Assembly (NCBI GenBank): GCA_021789945.1
Contig: JAJYIS010000003.1
Coordinates: 1 to 55,616, forward strand
DNA: 55,616 nt
Direction: 5' to 3'
DNA from: Thermoplasmata archaeon
GTDB lineage: Archaea; Thermoplasmatota; Thermoplasmata; UBA10834
Shown here: one piece after another, positions 9,441 through 19,452 of the stretch
Numbering within the stretch: position 1 is the stretch's first letter
How the letters are laid out: each line of letters opens with the position of its first letter
Notes under the pieces: model-generated
Database searches by the model: none
Told to the model about the DNA's origin: nothing
What the model saw: the letters and a program-made list of their open reading frames with translations, nothing else
Program-made: the position numbers and the translations under genes

Positions 9441-10341
9441 TCGAGTCGATGAGCTCGCAGGCCTTGCACTTCTTGGATATCGTGGGCTCTCCGCACTCGC
9501 ATGTCCTGAGCTCTGCCTGCTCGAAGGTGCTCTCGAGCGCCGGCAACAACTTGTCGTAGCTCCTAAGGATCGAATGCCTCGTCCCCGGGTACCTGTCCTC
9601 GAGCTCGAAGACTGCAGACCTGTAGGAGTTCCTGAGCGCCTCTGGAGCATACGGGCATTCGAGGTCATGGTACCGCAGCCCGTTGACAATGGCATAGAGC
9701 GTGGTCTCGCTCTCGGGTATCGACCTGAGGGGCTGGATCCGCGGCACCAAGCCTGGCTGGCCCCTCCGGTGCGGCCCGAGCCTCGCCAGCCGCTCCACGT
9801 CGCCTCGCGCGAAGTTCATCAGTATGGACTGGGCCGTGTCGTCTAGGTTCAGGCCGGTCGTGAGGTAGTCCGCCTTCCAGTCCCTCGCGGCCCTGTTCAT
9901 AGCGGACCGCCTGAGCACGCCGCAGTAGCTGCAAGTCGAGAGCTCGCGCTCCACAGCGGCGATCTCGTCCATGGTGACTCCGAACATCCCCTTGAAGGAG
10001 ACGATGATGTGCTCCGCGCCGATCTCCTTGCATTTGGCCGCGACAATCGGCAGGCTGGACTCGCGATATCCCGCGATGCCCTCGTCGACTGTGATCGCGC
10101 ATATCCCAGTATTGCGCCTCTTGCCAAGGATCTGGCTCACGAGATGGAGCGCGACGGTGCTGTCCTTTCCGCCCGAGACTGCGACCGCGATCCTCTCGCC
10201 GCCCCTGAGCTCCAGCTGCTGGCGCAGCTCATGCTTGACTCGCTTCTCAGCGAACGCTGAGAAGTGTTCGCTGCAGAGATGAGCTCCGCTGTACCTTATC
10301 AGGGTGATCGCTTTGCGGTTGCACTTGTCGCACTTGGGCAC
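9418..10341 (-). CDS. tRNA 2-thiolation protein (TtuA/NcsA/Ctu1, TIGR00269-like)
   Basis: N-terminal CDKC Zn finger, PP-loop SGGKDS, CSYCGVLRR, CPY, C-terminal CECG..CKAC; probable GTG start at 10341. Confidence 0.9.
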   Translation of the reverse strand: MPKCDKCNRKAITLIRYSGAHLCSEHFSAFAEKRVKHELRQQLELRGGERIAVAVSGGKDSTVALHLVSQILGKRRNTGICAITVDEGIAGYRESSLPIVAAKCKEIGAEHIIVSFKGMFGVTMDEIAAVERELSTCSYCGVLRRSAMNRAARDWKADYLTTGLNLDDTAQSILMNFARGDVERLARLGPHRRGQPGLVPRIQPLRSIPESETTLYAIVNGLRYHDLECPYAPEALRNSYRSAVFELEDRYPGTRHSILRSYDKLLPALESTFEQAELRTCECGEPTISKKCKACELIDSIRNSSRT

Positions 10342-10453
10342 GCTTGCAGGATGCCAGAGCCGCATATTTATTGCTTCTTTGACGGCGGCGGAGAAATGAT
10401 CCTCCTTCCCAGGGGCCACGTGGCTCTCGGCTCTGGCCAGCAGCGAGCGGAAG

Positions 10454-11029
10454 ATGGAACTATCCGAGACGCCTTCTCCGCTCAGATTTCAGATGGTTGA
10501 ATCACAGGTTCGCATCCGACCGGCAGAACGCGAGGATGTCCCGACCGTCGTGCTGATCTCCCGGACGTCCGTGACCGATGAGGAGGTCTCAGGGTTCGGC
10601 GTGCCCGTCACCGAGTCAAGGGCCGAAGAGGTGGACAGGATACTCTCCTCTTGGATTGGAAATGGCAGAGCGGGCGCCCAGGAGCTGTTGGTTGCGGAGA
10701 GGGACGGGCTTGTTGTGGGTTGCGTGAAGATCGAGGAGAGGGGGGACGATCTCGAGCTCGTCGACATCGACGTGCTTCGTCCGATGCAGGGCCAAGGGAT
10801 AGGGAAGTCTCTCGTCACCTACGTCGAAGAGTTGGCGAGAGAGCGGAGGAAGCGCGCGGTCACATTGGGCACGAGCAGGAACTCGGCAGGAGTCGCGTGG
10901 ATGTCGTTGCCTTGGTGGACCTCCATCGGCTACTCAGTCACTCATGAGGAAGAGAACGACTGGACCAGGTCAATCGCCCCCGGAGTGCGGGAGATCAGGA
11001 TGAGGAAGGGAATCTCACACCCTGACTGA
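10454..11029 (+). CDS. GNAT family N-acetyltransferase
   Basis: IRPA N-terminus and acetyl-CoA motif V-x-PMQGQGIGKSL; start may be ATG 10493. Confidence 0.8.
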   Translation: MELSETPSPLRFQMVESQVRIRPAEREDVPTVVLISRTSVTDEEVSGFGVPVTESRAEEVDRILSSWIGNGRAGAQELLVAERDGLVVGCVKIEERGDDLELVDIDVLRPMQGQGIGKSLVTYVEELARERRKRAVTLGTSRNSAGVAWMSLPWWTSIGYSVTHEEENDWTRSIAPGVREIRMRKGISHPD

Positions 11030-11134
11030 AGTCCGGTTCTTCTCAGCTGCTGCACGCATAATCGGACCGATCTTCAGGAATGTCCTGGCCCTTGGGTCCC
11101 TCGGGACCTCCCCATTGTTCTACCGTCTTTCCTC

Positions 11135-11154
11135 CTCAATGGTTCTCAATGGTT
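11135..11154. repeat. 10-bp tandem duplication CTCAATGGTT x2
   Basis: Seen directly in the intergenic region. Confidence 0.8.
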
Positions 11155-11170
11155 CCTTCCGAGACGGGAG

Positions 11171-11395
11171 TCAGACTCCTCTCAGCGCCTCTAGGTTGCG
11201 ACGGTGAAGAACCCACAGAAATATGAGAATCCCAACAATGATCAGCGCGATTCCAGGAACCGCGATCTCCCATTGGTAAATCACTCCTTCCGAGGACGAA
11301 AACACTATGTTACCCGCGAGATAGACGAGGAACAGACCGACTGCGACCAGGAGTGTCGATGCGAGCAGTCCAATGGTTCTTGCAGGACCAGACAT
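11171..11395 (-). CDS. Small two-TM membrane protein, hypothetical
   Basis: 74 aa, two hydrophobic helices and a basic tail. Confidence 0.6.
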   Translation of the reverse strand: MSGPARTIGLLASTLLVAVGLFLVYLAGNIVFSSSEGVIYQWEIAVPGIALIIVGILIFLWVLHRRNLEALRGV

Positions 11396-11534
11396 GGGAA
11401 GAGCATTGTCTTTCCACCCTTTGGGCTTTGCCGAGACGAGGTGTTCTTCTATCTACTACGCTCACATCCTTGCACTTCTGGCCACCCCTAGATAGTTATT
11501 TGTAAGGATAGCGCATTCGAGAAACGAGGGCAGA

Positions 11535-12494
11535 ATGCAGGACGTCTGGGTGGAGAAGTACAGGCCCAAGAAGCTCTCTGAGGTAATCGGCCAAAAGGCG
11601 ATTGTCGAGAGGCTCTCGGCCTACACGAGAACCAGGAGCATGCCTCACATGCTCTTCGCAGGTCCTGCAGGCTCCGGAAAGACGACCTGCGCGATTGCTC
11701 TTGCCCGCGAGCTGTTCGGTGAACACTGGCGGGACAGCCTGATCGAGCTCAACGCATCTGACGAGAGGGGAATCGACATCGTCCGCGGGAAGATCAAGGA
11801 CTTCGCCCGCGCGGCGTCGATCGGCGGGACCGACTTCAAGGTAATATTCCTGGACGAGGCGGACTCGCTCACGGCCGATGCCCAGGCAGCCCTGAGAAGG
11901 ACGATGGAGCGGTACACCCAGACCTGCAGGTTCATCCTCTCGTGCAACTACTCATCAAAGATCATCGAGCCGATCCAGTCGAGGTGCGCTGTGTTCAGGT
12001 TCCGGCCGCTCAGCGAGGACGACGTGAAGACCTATCTGAAGAACATCGCGAGCCAAGAGCATGTGCATGTCACCGACGACGGGCTCGATGCGATTTGCGA
12101 GCTGGCCGCAGGTGACCTCCGGAAGGCGACCAACATCCTGCAGGTCGCATCTTCCCTCGGCAAGAAAGTCGACCAGGATGTCGTGTTCGAGTCCACTGAG
12201 AGCATCCGCCCCTCCGAGATACAGGAACTTCTGAAGACCGCGCTCAGCGGTAACTTCACCGCCGCCCGCTCCAGGCTCGACGGGATCATCATAAGGCACG
12301 GGCTCTCGGGGGAGGACATCGTCCAGGGGATCCACAGGGCCGTCTTCGACCTGCCCGTGAGCGAGGACGCGAAGATCGTCCTCATCGACCGGGTCGGCGA
12401 GGCTGAGTTCCGCATGGTATCGGGCTCGAGCGACAGGATACAGCTCGAGGCCCTGCTGGCTCATTTCGCCAACGAAGGCCGGAAGATGAAGTAG
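11535..12494 (+). CDS. rfcS: Replication factor C small subunit
   Basis: [31 protein letters not shown]; no intein. Confidence 0.96.
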   Translation: MQDVWVEKYRPKKLSEVIGQKAIVERLSAYTRTRSMPHMLFAGPAGSGKTTCAIALARELFGEHWRDSLIELNASDERGIDIVRGKIKDFARAASIGGTDFKVIFLDEADSLTADAQAALRRTMERYTQTCRFILSCNYSSKIIEPIQSRCAVFRFRPLSEDDVKTYLKNIASQEHVHVTDDGLDAICELAAGDLRKATNILQVASSLGKKVDQDVVFESTESIRPSEIQELLKTALSGNFTAARSRLDGIIIRHGLSGEDIVQGIHRAVFDLPVSEDAKIVLIDRVGEAEFRMVSGSSDRIQLEALLAHFANEGRKMK

Positions 12495-12562
12495 GCACCC
12501 GGAGGAGCAAGTGCACAAATGTTATATACGGTTTCGAGGCTTGGGGCGCCAGAGGACCCAAG

Positions 12563-12712
12563 ATGGCTAGATTCCCCGAGGCAGAGGCCCGGAACCTCGT
12601 GAAGAAGGTCTGCATGAACTGCAATGCCAGGAACGCCATACGCGCGACCAGATGCAGGAAGTGCGGGTACCACGGCCTGAGGATCAAGACGAGAGAGACG
12701 AAGAAAGCGTGA
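12563..12712 (+). CDS. rpl40e: 50S ribosomal protein L40e
   Basis: Hand translation [49 protein letters not shown] (49 aa). Not in ORF track. Confidence 0.95.
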   Translation: MARFPEAEARNLVKKVCMNCNARNAIRATRCRKCGYHGLRIKTRETKKA

Positions 12713-12780
12713 TCGGCCACACCCGGTTCGTTTTGTCATTCCGAAGTTGCCTGCCTGCTGCAGGCTGACACTTCACCTAA

Positions 12781-12812
12781 TAGAAAAAGACGGGTGGAGG
12801 GGACTCCACCGC
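12781..12812 (-). terminator. Hairpin plus U-tract terminator with no upstream minus-strand gene
   Basis: Minus strand GGTGGAG-TCCC-CTCCACC, then CGTCTTTTTCTA. Confidence 0.5.
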
Positions 12813-13023
12813 AGTTGGGCATCACCCTTTGGTCACACCTCTCCTCTTCCTTCAAAAGAGCGTGTCTGCCAAAATGGCGATAGGGAATTCAGTCGCGTGA
12901 TTATAACCCTTTTGCCCACATTAGAGCATTGGCTCGCACTTAGGCAATGGAATTCTTAGGATTGAAAGCATTTGCGTGAATAGGATATGTTTATTTACAT
13001 TTTGCCAAATTCATGTAGTCGAA

Positions 13024-14088
13024 ATGTGGAAATTTCTCCGGAACGAGATGTTGGTCATCCTCGCGCTCGCCGAGGACGCGAACAGGACGGACGCTGAGAT
13101 CGCGGACATATACGACCTGAAGAAGGGCACCGTGTCGTCAGTGAGGAGAAGGCTGTTCGACGCGGGCGCCATCAACTTCGCCTATGTGCCGACGTTCAAC
13201 ATGCTCGGATGCGAGATGCTCGCGTTCCATTATGGTTCGACAGATCCTGCGACCCGACCCGACGTCAAGGCCAGCAACTACCTGGAGTTCTGCAATCGAG
13301 CCCCGCAGGTCTACTTCGGCATGATAGGCGGGAACTCCGTCGCGCTCTTCACGGCACTCAGGAACGCCACTGAGCTGGAGTCGTTCATGCTCTCCCACAA
13401 TAGGTTCTTCCTCGGTACCAGGCGGCCGTCCAAGGCAAGGCTGAACACCGTCGTCTTCCCATACTCGCTCTCGAGGGGGAAGTACGTGCCACACTTCGCC
13501 AACATCGTCTACGACTACTTCGAACTCGACGTCCCCCAGCCCAAGACCACGCCTCCGTTTCAATCCTCAAAGGAGCCCGTCGACCTCTCGAAGACGGAGA
13601 AGGCCGTGCTCGTGGACATGGTGGCGAACCCGACGAACACGGATCGCGAGATCGCGGAGTCCGTGAAGCTGTCCAGGCAGGCGGTGACGAGGATCCGCAA
13701 CAGGCTGACGGACGACGGGATGCTCACCAGGATCTGCGTGCCGAGGCTCTACCGATGGGGGTTCGAGATATGTGCAATCGCGCACCCGAAGTTCAGCCTC
13801 GATGTCCCCTGGGAGAAGCGTCTCCGGACCGAGCCGAAGGCCGCCGTCGAAACGTCGTTCTACTCCGTCTCGAAGGCCGATGAAGCGGTCTCATGCTACA
13901 TGGTGCCCAAGTTCACCCAGTACTCGGAGCGGCTCGAGAGCATCCTTGGATGGTACCACAAGGCGAAGGCCTTCGACGATGAGCTGGAAGTGACTCTGTT
14001 CTCCCTCGAGCGCACGAGCGAGCTGCGCAACTTCGACTTCGCTCCGGCGGTCCGCCACATCTTGGGCGCGGACTCGCGTCCGCAGTAG
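13024..14088 (+). CDS. Transcriptional regulator with two tandem Lrp/AsnC-like wHTH-effector modules
   Basis: Repeat 1 TDAEIA..KKGTVSSVRRRL..G; repeat 2 TDREIA..SRQAVTRIRNRL..G; each followed by P-x-GCE/GFE. Confidence 0.7.
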   Translation: MWKFLRNEMLVILALAEDANRTDAEIADIYDLKKGTVSSVRRRLFDAGAINFAYVPTFNMLGCEMLAFHYGSTDPATRPDVKASNYLEFCNRAPQVYFGMIGGNSVALFTALRNATELESFMLSHNRFFLGTRRPSKARLNTVVFPYSLSRGKYVPHFANIVYDYFELDVPQPKTTPPFQSSKEPVDLSKTEKAVLVDMVANPTNTDREIAESVKLSRQAVTRIRNRLTDDGMLTRICVPRLYRWGFEICAIAHPKFSLDVPWEKRLRTEPKAAVETSFYSVSKADEAVSCYMVPKFTQYSERLESILGWYHKAKAFDDELEVTLFSLERTSELRNFDFAPAVRHILGADSRPQ

Positions 14089-14164
14089 GCGCTCCGTTGG
14101 GCCAACCTGTAAATAGAATCCGGATGATATTGCACCCGGTGATCGCATCAGAGTCACAGCATAT

Positions 14165-14551
14165 GTGGCCAGCAGGTGGGTCAAGGCCGCATTCCTGGCC
14201 ATAATCGGCATCGTGATACTCTACTTCTCGGCCGGGCTCGTGGACGACCTCAGGCAGGTCGTCCAGCAGCACTCGAACTTCAACCTCACGTACACTTGGA
14301 GCCTTCTGACGATCCTGCTCTGGATACTCGTCGCCTGGCTGTTCATCGACGCGGCTTTGACCGTCGCCCTGAGCTTCTCGGAGCACAGGTACACATTGTA
14401 CGATGTGATGGTGAGGCTCCAGAAGATCGAGAAGAGGCTCGGCGTCCAGGAGCCAAGGTCGACCGGCCGGGGGTCGCGGACGGAGGCTGACGCCGAGGAG
14501 GTCGTGGAGGAGCCTGATGAGAACGAGGTGCCTCCTCCCCCGGTCGAATGA
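14165..14551 (+). CDS. Hypothetical two-TM membrane protein with acidic, Pro-rich tail
   Basis: Two hydrophobic helices, short coiled coil, EEPDENEVPPPPVE tail. Confidence 0.65.
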   Translation: MASRWVKAAFLAIIGIVILYFSAGLVDDLRQVVQQHSNFNLTYTWSLLTILLWILVAWLFIDAALTVALSFSEHRYTLYDVMVRLQKIEKRLGVQEPRSTGRGSRTEADAEEVVEEPDENEVPPPPVE

Positions 14552-14560
14552 GATCGCCCG

Positions 14561-16876
14561 CTACGCGGCCTTCTCCTTCTTCTCCTTGCCTTCCTTCTTC
14601 TGCGCCCTCTCGAGCTTCTTCGGGCAGCTCATGTTCAGGCAGAGCGTCCACTTCCCCCTGTTCGCGTTGAGCACATCGACCAGCGGGGCGCCGCACGCTT
14701 CGCAGGCCTGGTCCTTTGCGATAATCTTCCCCTGCTGCGGCAGAGGGTACATGACCTTGCAGTTCGGGTAGTTCGAGCATCCCGCGAACCTCTTGCCCTT
14801 CCTCGATTGGACGATCCTGACATCGCCTCCGCAGGACGGGCACTTGCCCAGGTGCCTCTCCTTGAGGGCCCCCGGGCATTTCGGGTCTATGCAGACGACT
14901 GTGGGGGCCTGCCCTCTGGCCACGGTCTTGATCTTCGGGGCGCCGCAGACCTCGCAGACCTGGTTCGTCGCCAGCACCAGGAGGCCCTGGGGGAGCGGGT
15001 ACGTGTTCTTGCATTCCGGGTAGTTCGAGCATCCGGCGAACGAGCCGGTCCTCCCGCGGATCTGCATCATGTGGCCCGTCCTGCACTTCGGGCACTGGCC
15101 GAGCGCGTGCTGCTCGCGGAGCGCCTTCTTTATCGCGTCCCCGACGTCGACCTTGTGCTTCTCCAGGACCTCCATGATGTCGTCCAGCATCGCCTGGCTC
15201 TCCTCCACGACCTCCGCCTGCTCGAGCTCGCCGTTCGCGATCATGTCCATGTCGCGCTCGAGGTGCGAGGTCATCTTGACGTTCGTGATGTCGTTCGCGT
15301 ACTGCTCGAGTGCCGTGACCACCGCCGTGCCGCTCTCCGTCGGCTCGATGATCCTCGACACCTTCACGAACCTCCTGTCGAACAGCTTCTGGATGGTCTC
15401 GTGCCTGGTGCTCTTCGTGCCCAGCCCGAGGTCCTCCATCTTCTTGACTAGCGTGCCCTGGGAGTATCTCTCGGGCGGGGCCGTCTTCTTCTCTGAGTTG
15501 TGGATCCTGAGGACGTCGGCCTCGTCGCCGACATTCAGGGCCGGAAGGGTGACCTCCTTGGCCCGGTAGTACGGATAGTACTTCCTCCATCCGGGGGAGA
15601 TGATGTTGTATCCCTCGCTCTCGAACTGCTCCCCGCCGATGTCGAGATCGACCTTGGTGGTCCTCGACACGCACGATGGTGCGAGCGTCGCGAGGAACCT
15701 CCTGGTCACGAGCTCGTAGACATCCCAGCTGTGCCCCTTGAGCTCGCCCTTCTTGGCCGCCTCCACGGGGTGTATCGGCGGGTGGTCTGTCGTGCTCCTC
15801 TTTCCCCTCGACGGCCTGAGGCTCTCCTGTTGCAGGATCTCTTCAGCCTCGGCGGCGAACTCCGATTTCCTCAGCTTCTCCAGGATCGACCTCAGGCTGA
15901 GCGACGGCGGATACACCGTGTTGTCGGTCCTCGGGTATGAGATGTATCCCGCGGTGTACAGGTCCTCCGCGACCTTCATGGCCTGCGACGCCGTGAGGCC
16001 GATCTTGTTCGCCTCCATGAGATAGATGGTCGTGCTGAACGGTACCGGAGGGTACTCGTCGTTCTGCTCCTCCTTCGCGTCCTTTACGATGGCCTTCTTC
16101 GCAAGCTTCGCCTTCGCCGCAGCGGATTGCGCCTCCTCCTTGACGGTGAACCGGCCGTGCATGTGCGACGCGCTGAAGCCGGTGTCCTTCATCAGGTCCG
16201 CGCTGACGAGCCAATAGGGCGTCGGCTGGAATGACTTGATCTCCCTGTCTCTGTCGACTATCAGGGCCAGAGTCGGGCTCTGGACCCTGCCCACAGAGAG
16301 GAAGTCCTTCCCCAGCTGGCCCGAGGCCAATGAGATGAATCTGGTGAGCGCGGCCCCCCAGGCGAGGTCGATGAGCTGCCTGGTCTCCGCGGACGCCGCG
16401 AGCTTGTAGTCCAGCTCCGTTAGCTCCGAGAACGCCCGCTCGATCTCTCCCTTGGTCAGCGCGCTGAACCTCGCCCTTCGGACCGTCTTCTTCACTTTCG
16501 CCTCCTCGAGCGCTTCCGCGCCTATGAGTTCCCCTTCGCGGTCGAAGTCCGTCGCGACGATGACCTCGTCCGCCCAGGTCGATAGGTCGACAAGGGCGTT
16601 CATGATCTTCTTCGCCGTCGGGTCGACCTTCTTCACAGGCTTGACATGGACGAGGTCCTTGGGCGGGATCGCGTCCCAGTTCCTCTGGTACTGCTCAGGG
16701 TAGTCGAGCTCGATGATGTGTCCTCTGAGGCCGAGGACCGCGTGCTCGTCGCCGCCCTTGTCGAAGAAGAACGTCTGGACACCGGCTACCGAGCGGCCCT
16801 TCTGAGTGAAGTCGGACAGTATGAGTGCGATCCTCCGCGCGGCGAGATTTTTCTCGGAGACTATTAGCCGGCGCAT
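14561..16876 (-). CDS. topA: DNA topoisomerase I (type IA)
   Basis: TOPRIM SEK and ATDFDREGE, SVGRVQSP, active-site ISYPRTD, GLGTKSTR, C-terminal C4 zinc ribbons. Confidence 0.96.
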   Translation of the reverse strand: MRRLIVSEKNLAARRIALILSDFTQKGRSVAGVQTFFFDKGGDEHAVLGLRGHIIELDYPEQYQRNWDAIPPKDLVHVKPVKKVDPTAKKIMNALVDLSTWADEVIVATDFDREGELIGAEALEEAKVKKTVRRARFSALTKGEIERAFSELTELDYKLAASAETRQLIDLAWGAALTRFISLASGQLGKDFLSVGRVQSPTLALIVDRDREIKSFQPTPYWLVSADLMKDTGFSASHMHGRFTVKEEAQSAAAKAKLAKKAIVKDAKEEQNDEYPPVPFSTTIYLMEANKIGLTASQAMKVAEDLYTAGYISYPRTDNTVYPPSLSLRSILEKLRKSEFAAEAEEILQQESLRPSRGKRSTTDHPPIHPVEAAKKGELKGHSWDVYELVTRRFLATLAPSCVSRTTKVDLDIGGEQFESEGYNIISPGWRKYYPYYRAKEVTLPALNVGDEADVLRIHNSEKKTAPPERYSQGTLVKKMEDLGLGTKSTRHETIQKLFDRRFVKVSRIIEPTESGTAVVTALEQYANDITNVKMTSHLERDMDMIANGELEQAEVVEESQAMLDDIMEVLEKHKVDVGDAIKKALREQHALGQCPKCRTGHMMQIRGRTGSFAGCSNYPECKNTYPLPQGLLVLATNQVCEVCGAPKIKTVARGQAPTVVCIDPKCPGALKERHLGKCPSCGGDVRIVQSRKGKRFAGCSNYPNCKVMYPLPQQGKIIAKDQACEACGAPLVDVLNANRGKWTLCLNMSCPKKLERAQKKEGKEKKEKAA

Positions 16877-16971
16877 TCAGGGTTGGATGATTGCCTGCTT
16901 ATTTAATGTTGATGGGGAGGCGCGGCGAGCTGGCCAGATCGAAGATCTGGCCGAGGCGGAGGTCCTTCGGC

Positions 16972-18276
16972 TCACCACATCCTCTTCCGGAGGTCGAGCA
17001 TCTCGTTCCTCCGTCTGCCGAGCCCAAGGAGGACCACGGGAAGCTCCATCTCCTTCTCGATGAACCTGATGTACCTCCTCATGTCCTCGGGGAGGGCGCC
17101 GAACCCCTTCGAGAGGATCCTCTTCATCCCTTCGTTGTCGATCTCTTCCCAGCCGTCCAGCGTCCTGTACCTGGGCTCGCACTTGTCCAAAAGCCTCAGG
17201 TCCGCGGGAATCGTCCTCATCTTCTTCCCGTCGAGCGAATAGTGAGTGCACACCTTGAGCTCGTCGAACCCTCCGAGGACATCGATCTTCGTTAGCGCGA
17301 TCCCGGTGAACCCGCTGAGTCTGCTCGTGTAGCCAGTCACTACAAGGTCGAGCCATCCGCACCTTCTCGGCCGTCCAGTCGTCGTCCCGAACTCCCCTCC
17401 CTTCTCCGCTATCTTCCTGCCCGTCTCGTCCGAGATCTCCGTCGGGAAGGGGCCGGCGCCGACCCTCGTCGTGTAAGCCTTCACGACGCCGAACACTTCG
17501 TCGAGCCAGAGCGGGGACACTCCGGAGCCTGATGCTGCGTTCCCAGACACCGTCTGGGACGATGTCACGAACGGGTACGTCCCGTGGTCGATGTCCAGCA
17601 TCGAGCCCTGGGCCCCCTCGAACAGAACCCTCTTCTTCGCCTCGAGCGCCTTCTCGACTATCGCCCCGGTGTCAGCCACGTACATCGAGAGCCTTCTGCC
17701 GTACTCGCAGTACTCCTTCAGGATGGCGGCCTGGTCCAGCTTCGTCGGGTCGCCGTACGCGTCCAGCATGAGCTGCTTGAGCGGGACAAGGAACTTGAGC
17801 TTCTCGGTGAGCGCGTCCTCGTCGACGAGGTCGCACATCCTCACTCCCAGCCGCGAGGCCTTGTCCGAGTAGGCCGGTCCTATGCCCCTTCCCGTCGTGC
17901 CGACCCTCGCGCCCTTCCTCATCCTCTCCTCGGCCCCGTCCAGGAGCCTGTGGTATGGCATGATGACGTTCGCCCGGTCGCTTATCCTCAGGTTCTTGGC
18001 GCTGATACCCCTGGACTCCAGCTTGTCAATCTCCTGGAGCAGTACTCCAGGGTCGATCACGACCCCGTTCCCTATCACCGCGAGCTTGCCGGGCCTGAGG
18101 ATGCCGGACGGAAGGTGGTGCAGCGCGAACAGCTCCTCCCCGATCTTGACGCTGTGGCCGGCGTTGTTCCCGCCCTGGAACCTCACGACCATGGCCGCTT
18201 CCTCGGCCAGGAAATCGACGATCTTCCCCTTGCCCTCATCTCCCCACTGAGAGCCGATGACGACCAGTGCAGGCAT
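16972..18276 (-). CDS. purA: Adenylosuccinate synthetase
   Basis: QWGDEGKGK, GGNNAGH, EGAQG, GTTTGRPRRCGW. Confidence 0.97.
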   Translation of the reverse strand: MPALVVIGSQWGDEGKGKIVDFLAEEAAMVVRFQGGNNAGHSVKIGEELFALHHLPSGILRPGKLAVIGNGVVIDPGVLLQEIDKLESRGISAKNLRISDRANVIMPYHRLLDGAEERMRKGARVGTTGRGIGPAYSDKASRLGVRMCDLVDEDALTEKLKFLVPLKQLMLDAYGDPTKLDQAAILKEYCEYGRRLSMYVADTGAIVEKALEAKKRVLFEGAQGSMLDIDHGTYPFVTSSQTVSGNAASGSGVSPLWLDEVFGVVKAYTTRVGAGPFPTEISDETGRKIAEKGGEFGTTTGRPRRCGWLDLVVTGYTSRLSGFTGIALTKIDVLGGFDELKVCTHYSLDGKKMRTIPADLRLLDKCEPRYRTLDGWEEIDNEGMKRILSKGFGALPEDMRRYIRFIEKEMELPVVLLGLGRRRNEMLDLRKRMW

Positions 18277-18333
18277 CTTCTCGCGGAGAGCATCCCCAGC
18301 TCCCGTATTAAAACATTCGAGTGTGACGGATTC

Positions 18334-19452
18334 TCAGGATTTCCTAGGGAATTTCTTGTATGCGTCGATGAGCCGTCTCCTGCTCATGTCCGTCTTGAAC
18401 CCCTTCGGGTCGAAATGCGTCCTCGAGGCCGTCGCGCCCTTTTTCCTCAGGAACTCCACGAAGTCCGCGAGCTTCGGCGGGGACACCTTGGTCCTCCGGG
18501 CGAGCTCGTCCATCGAGTAGAACAGCGCCGGCGTTGCGGCCTCCTCCATCCATGTCCCGAGGTACTTGCCGCTCCTGTTCGCCGTTCCGAGGTCGCCCGT
18601 GGCCCTCATCCGCTTGAGCAGGTCCTTCGAGAACAGCGGGCCGGTCCAGAGCGGGCCCGCGTCCTTGTCCGTCGACCTCGAGTCTGAGATCTCCCTGTCG
18701 AGAGTCTTGCCGTCGAAGCTGGCATAGCCCATCTTCCGTACGAGCGCGTCCGCCCTCGCGGCCCCGTTCCTCACCTGCAGGTAGCACCGGAAGTAGTGAT
18801 CCGCATGGTAGCACAGCAACGGCTGGGCCGCGCGGTCGTGGGCTGCCGCCTGGCGCATGATGAATCCGACCAGTATCCTCAGGCCGGTCTCATGAGCGAA
18901 CGGGGACCTCTGGGAGAGCGCGCCGTACCTCCTGAGGCATGTCTTCGGATAGACCCCGTAGAGGGGCGCGGTGTCCGTGGCTGTCACCGCTATGATCCCG
19001 TTGTTCTTGCAGCCCTGGACGGCCGGGTCGATGAAATCGATGGGCGTCCCGAACGGGTCGATGTCGATGTAGTCGAACTTCTCGTCCGCGAGGAGGCTCC
19101 TCAGGTCCCTGCACTCGATCCTCACATGGCCGAGGCTGTTCTGCTCCGCGTTCTGCTTCATCAGGACCGCAGCCGCGAGGTTGCTGTCGTTCAGGACGAA
19201 GTCTGCCTTCACGCCGCACTCGTTCGCGAGCCTCAGGCCCCGCGCGCCGGAGGCGGCCAGCCCGTCCAGGATCTTCTGGCCCTCCCTGAAGACTGCCCTG
19301 CCGACCATGACGGAGATGTCCCTGCCGAACTCCATCTGCCTGTTGTAGAACACCTCTCGCGAGCGGCTGCCGGGGCCGCTCGTGTTGTAGTTGCCCGGGA
19401 CGATCAGTTCCGTGGTGCCCTCACGGACAAGCGCGAGGTTCGACGTGCTCAA
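18334..19452 (-). CDS. trm1: tRNA (guanine26-N2)-dimethyltransferase
   Basis: VFYN..M...RD, ASGARGLR, DIDPFG, TATD, GPLW; TTG start at 19452 overlaps the NTPase stop. Confidence 0.92.
   Translation of the reverse strand: MSTSNLALVREGTTELIVPGNYNTSGPGSRSREVFYNRQMEFGRDISVMVGRAVFREGQKILDGLAASGARGLRLANECGVKADFVLNDSNLAAAVLMKQNAEQNSLGHVRIECRDLRSLLADEKFDYIDIDPFGTPIDFIDPAVQGCKNNGIIAVTATDTAPLYGVYPKTCLRRYGALSQRSPFAHETGLRILVGFIMRQAAAHDRAAQPLLCYHADHYFRCYLQVRNGAARADALVRKMGYASFDGKTLDREISDSRSTDKDAGPLWTGPLFSKDLLKRMRATGDLGTANRSGKYLGTWMEEAATPALFYSMDELARRTKVSPPKLADFVEFLRKKGATASRTHFDPKGFKTDMSRRRLIDAYKKFPRKS

Noticed and set aside
5748-12864. Shared 11-mer AAAAGAGCGTG at 5748-5758 and 12854-12864
   Set aside because: One 11-bp match among several kb of intergenic DNA is plausible by chance, and the positions relative to the hairpins differ.
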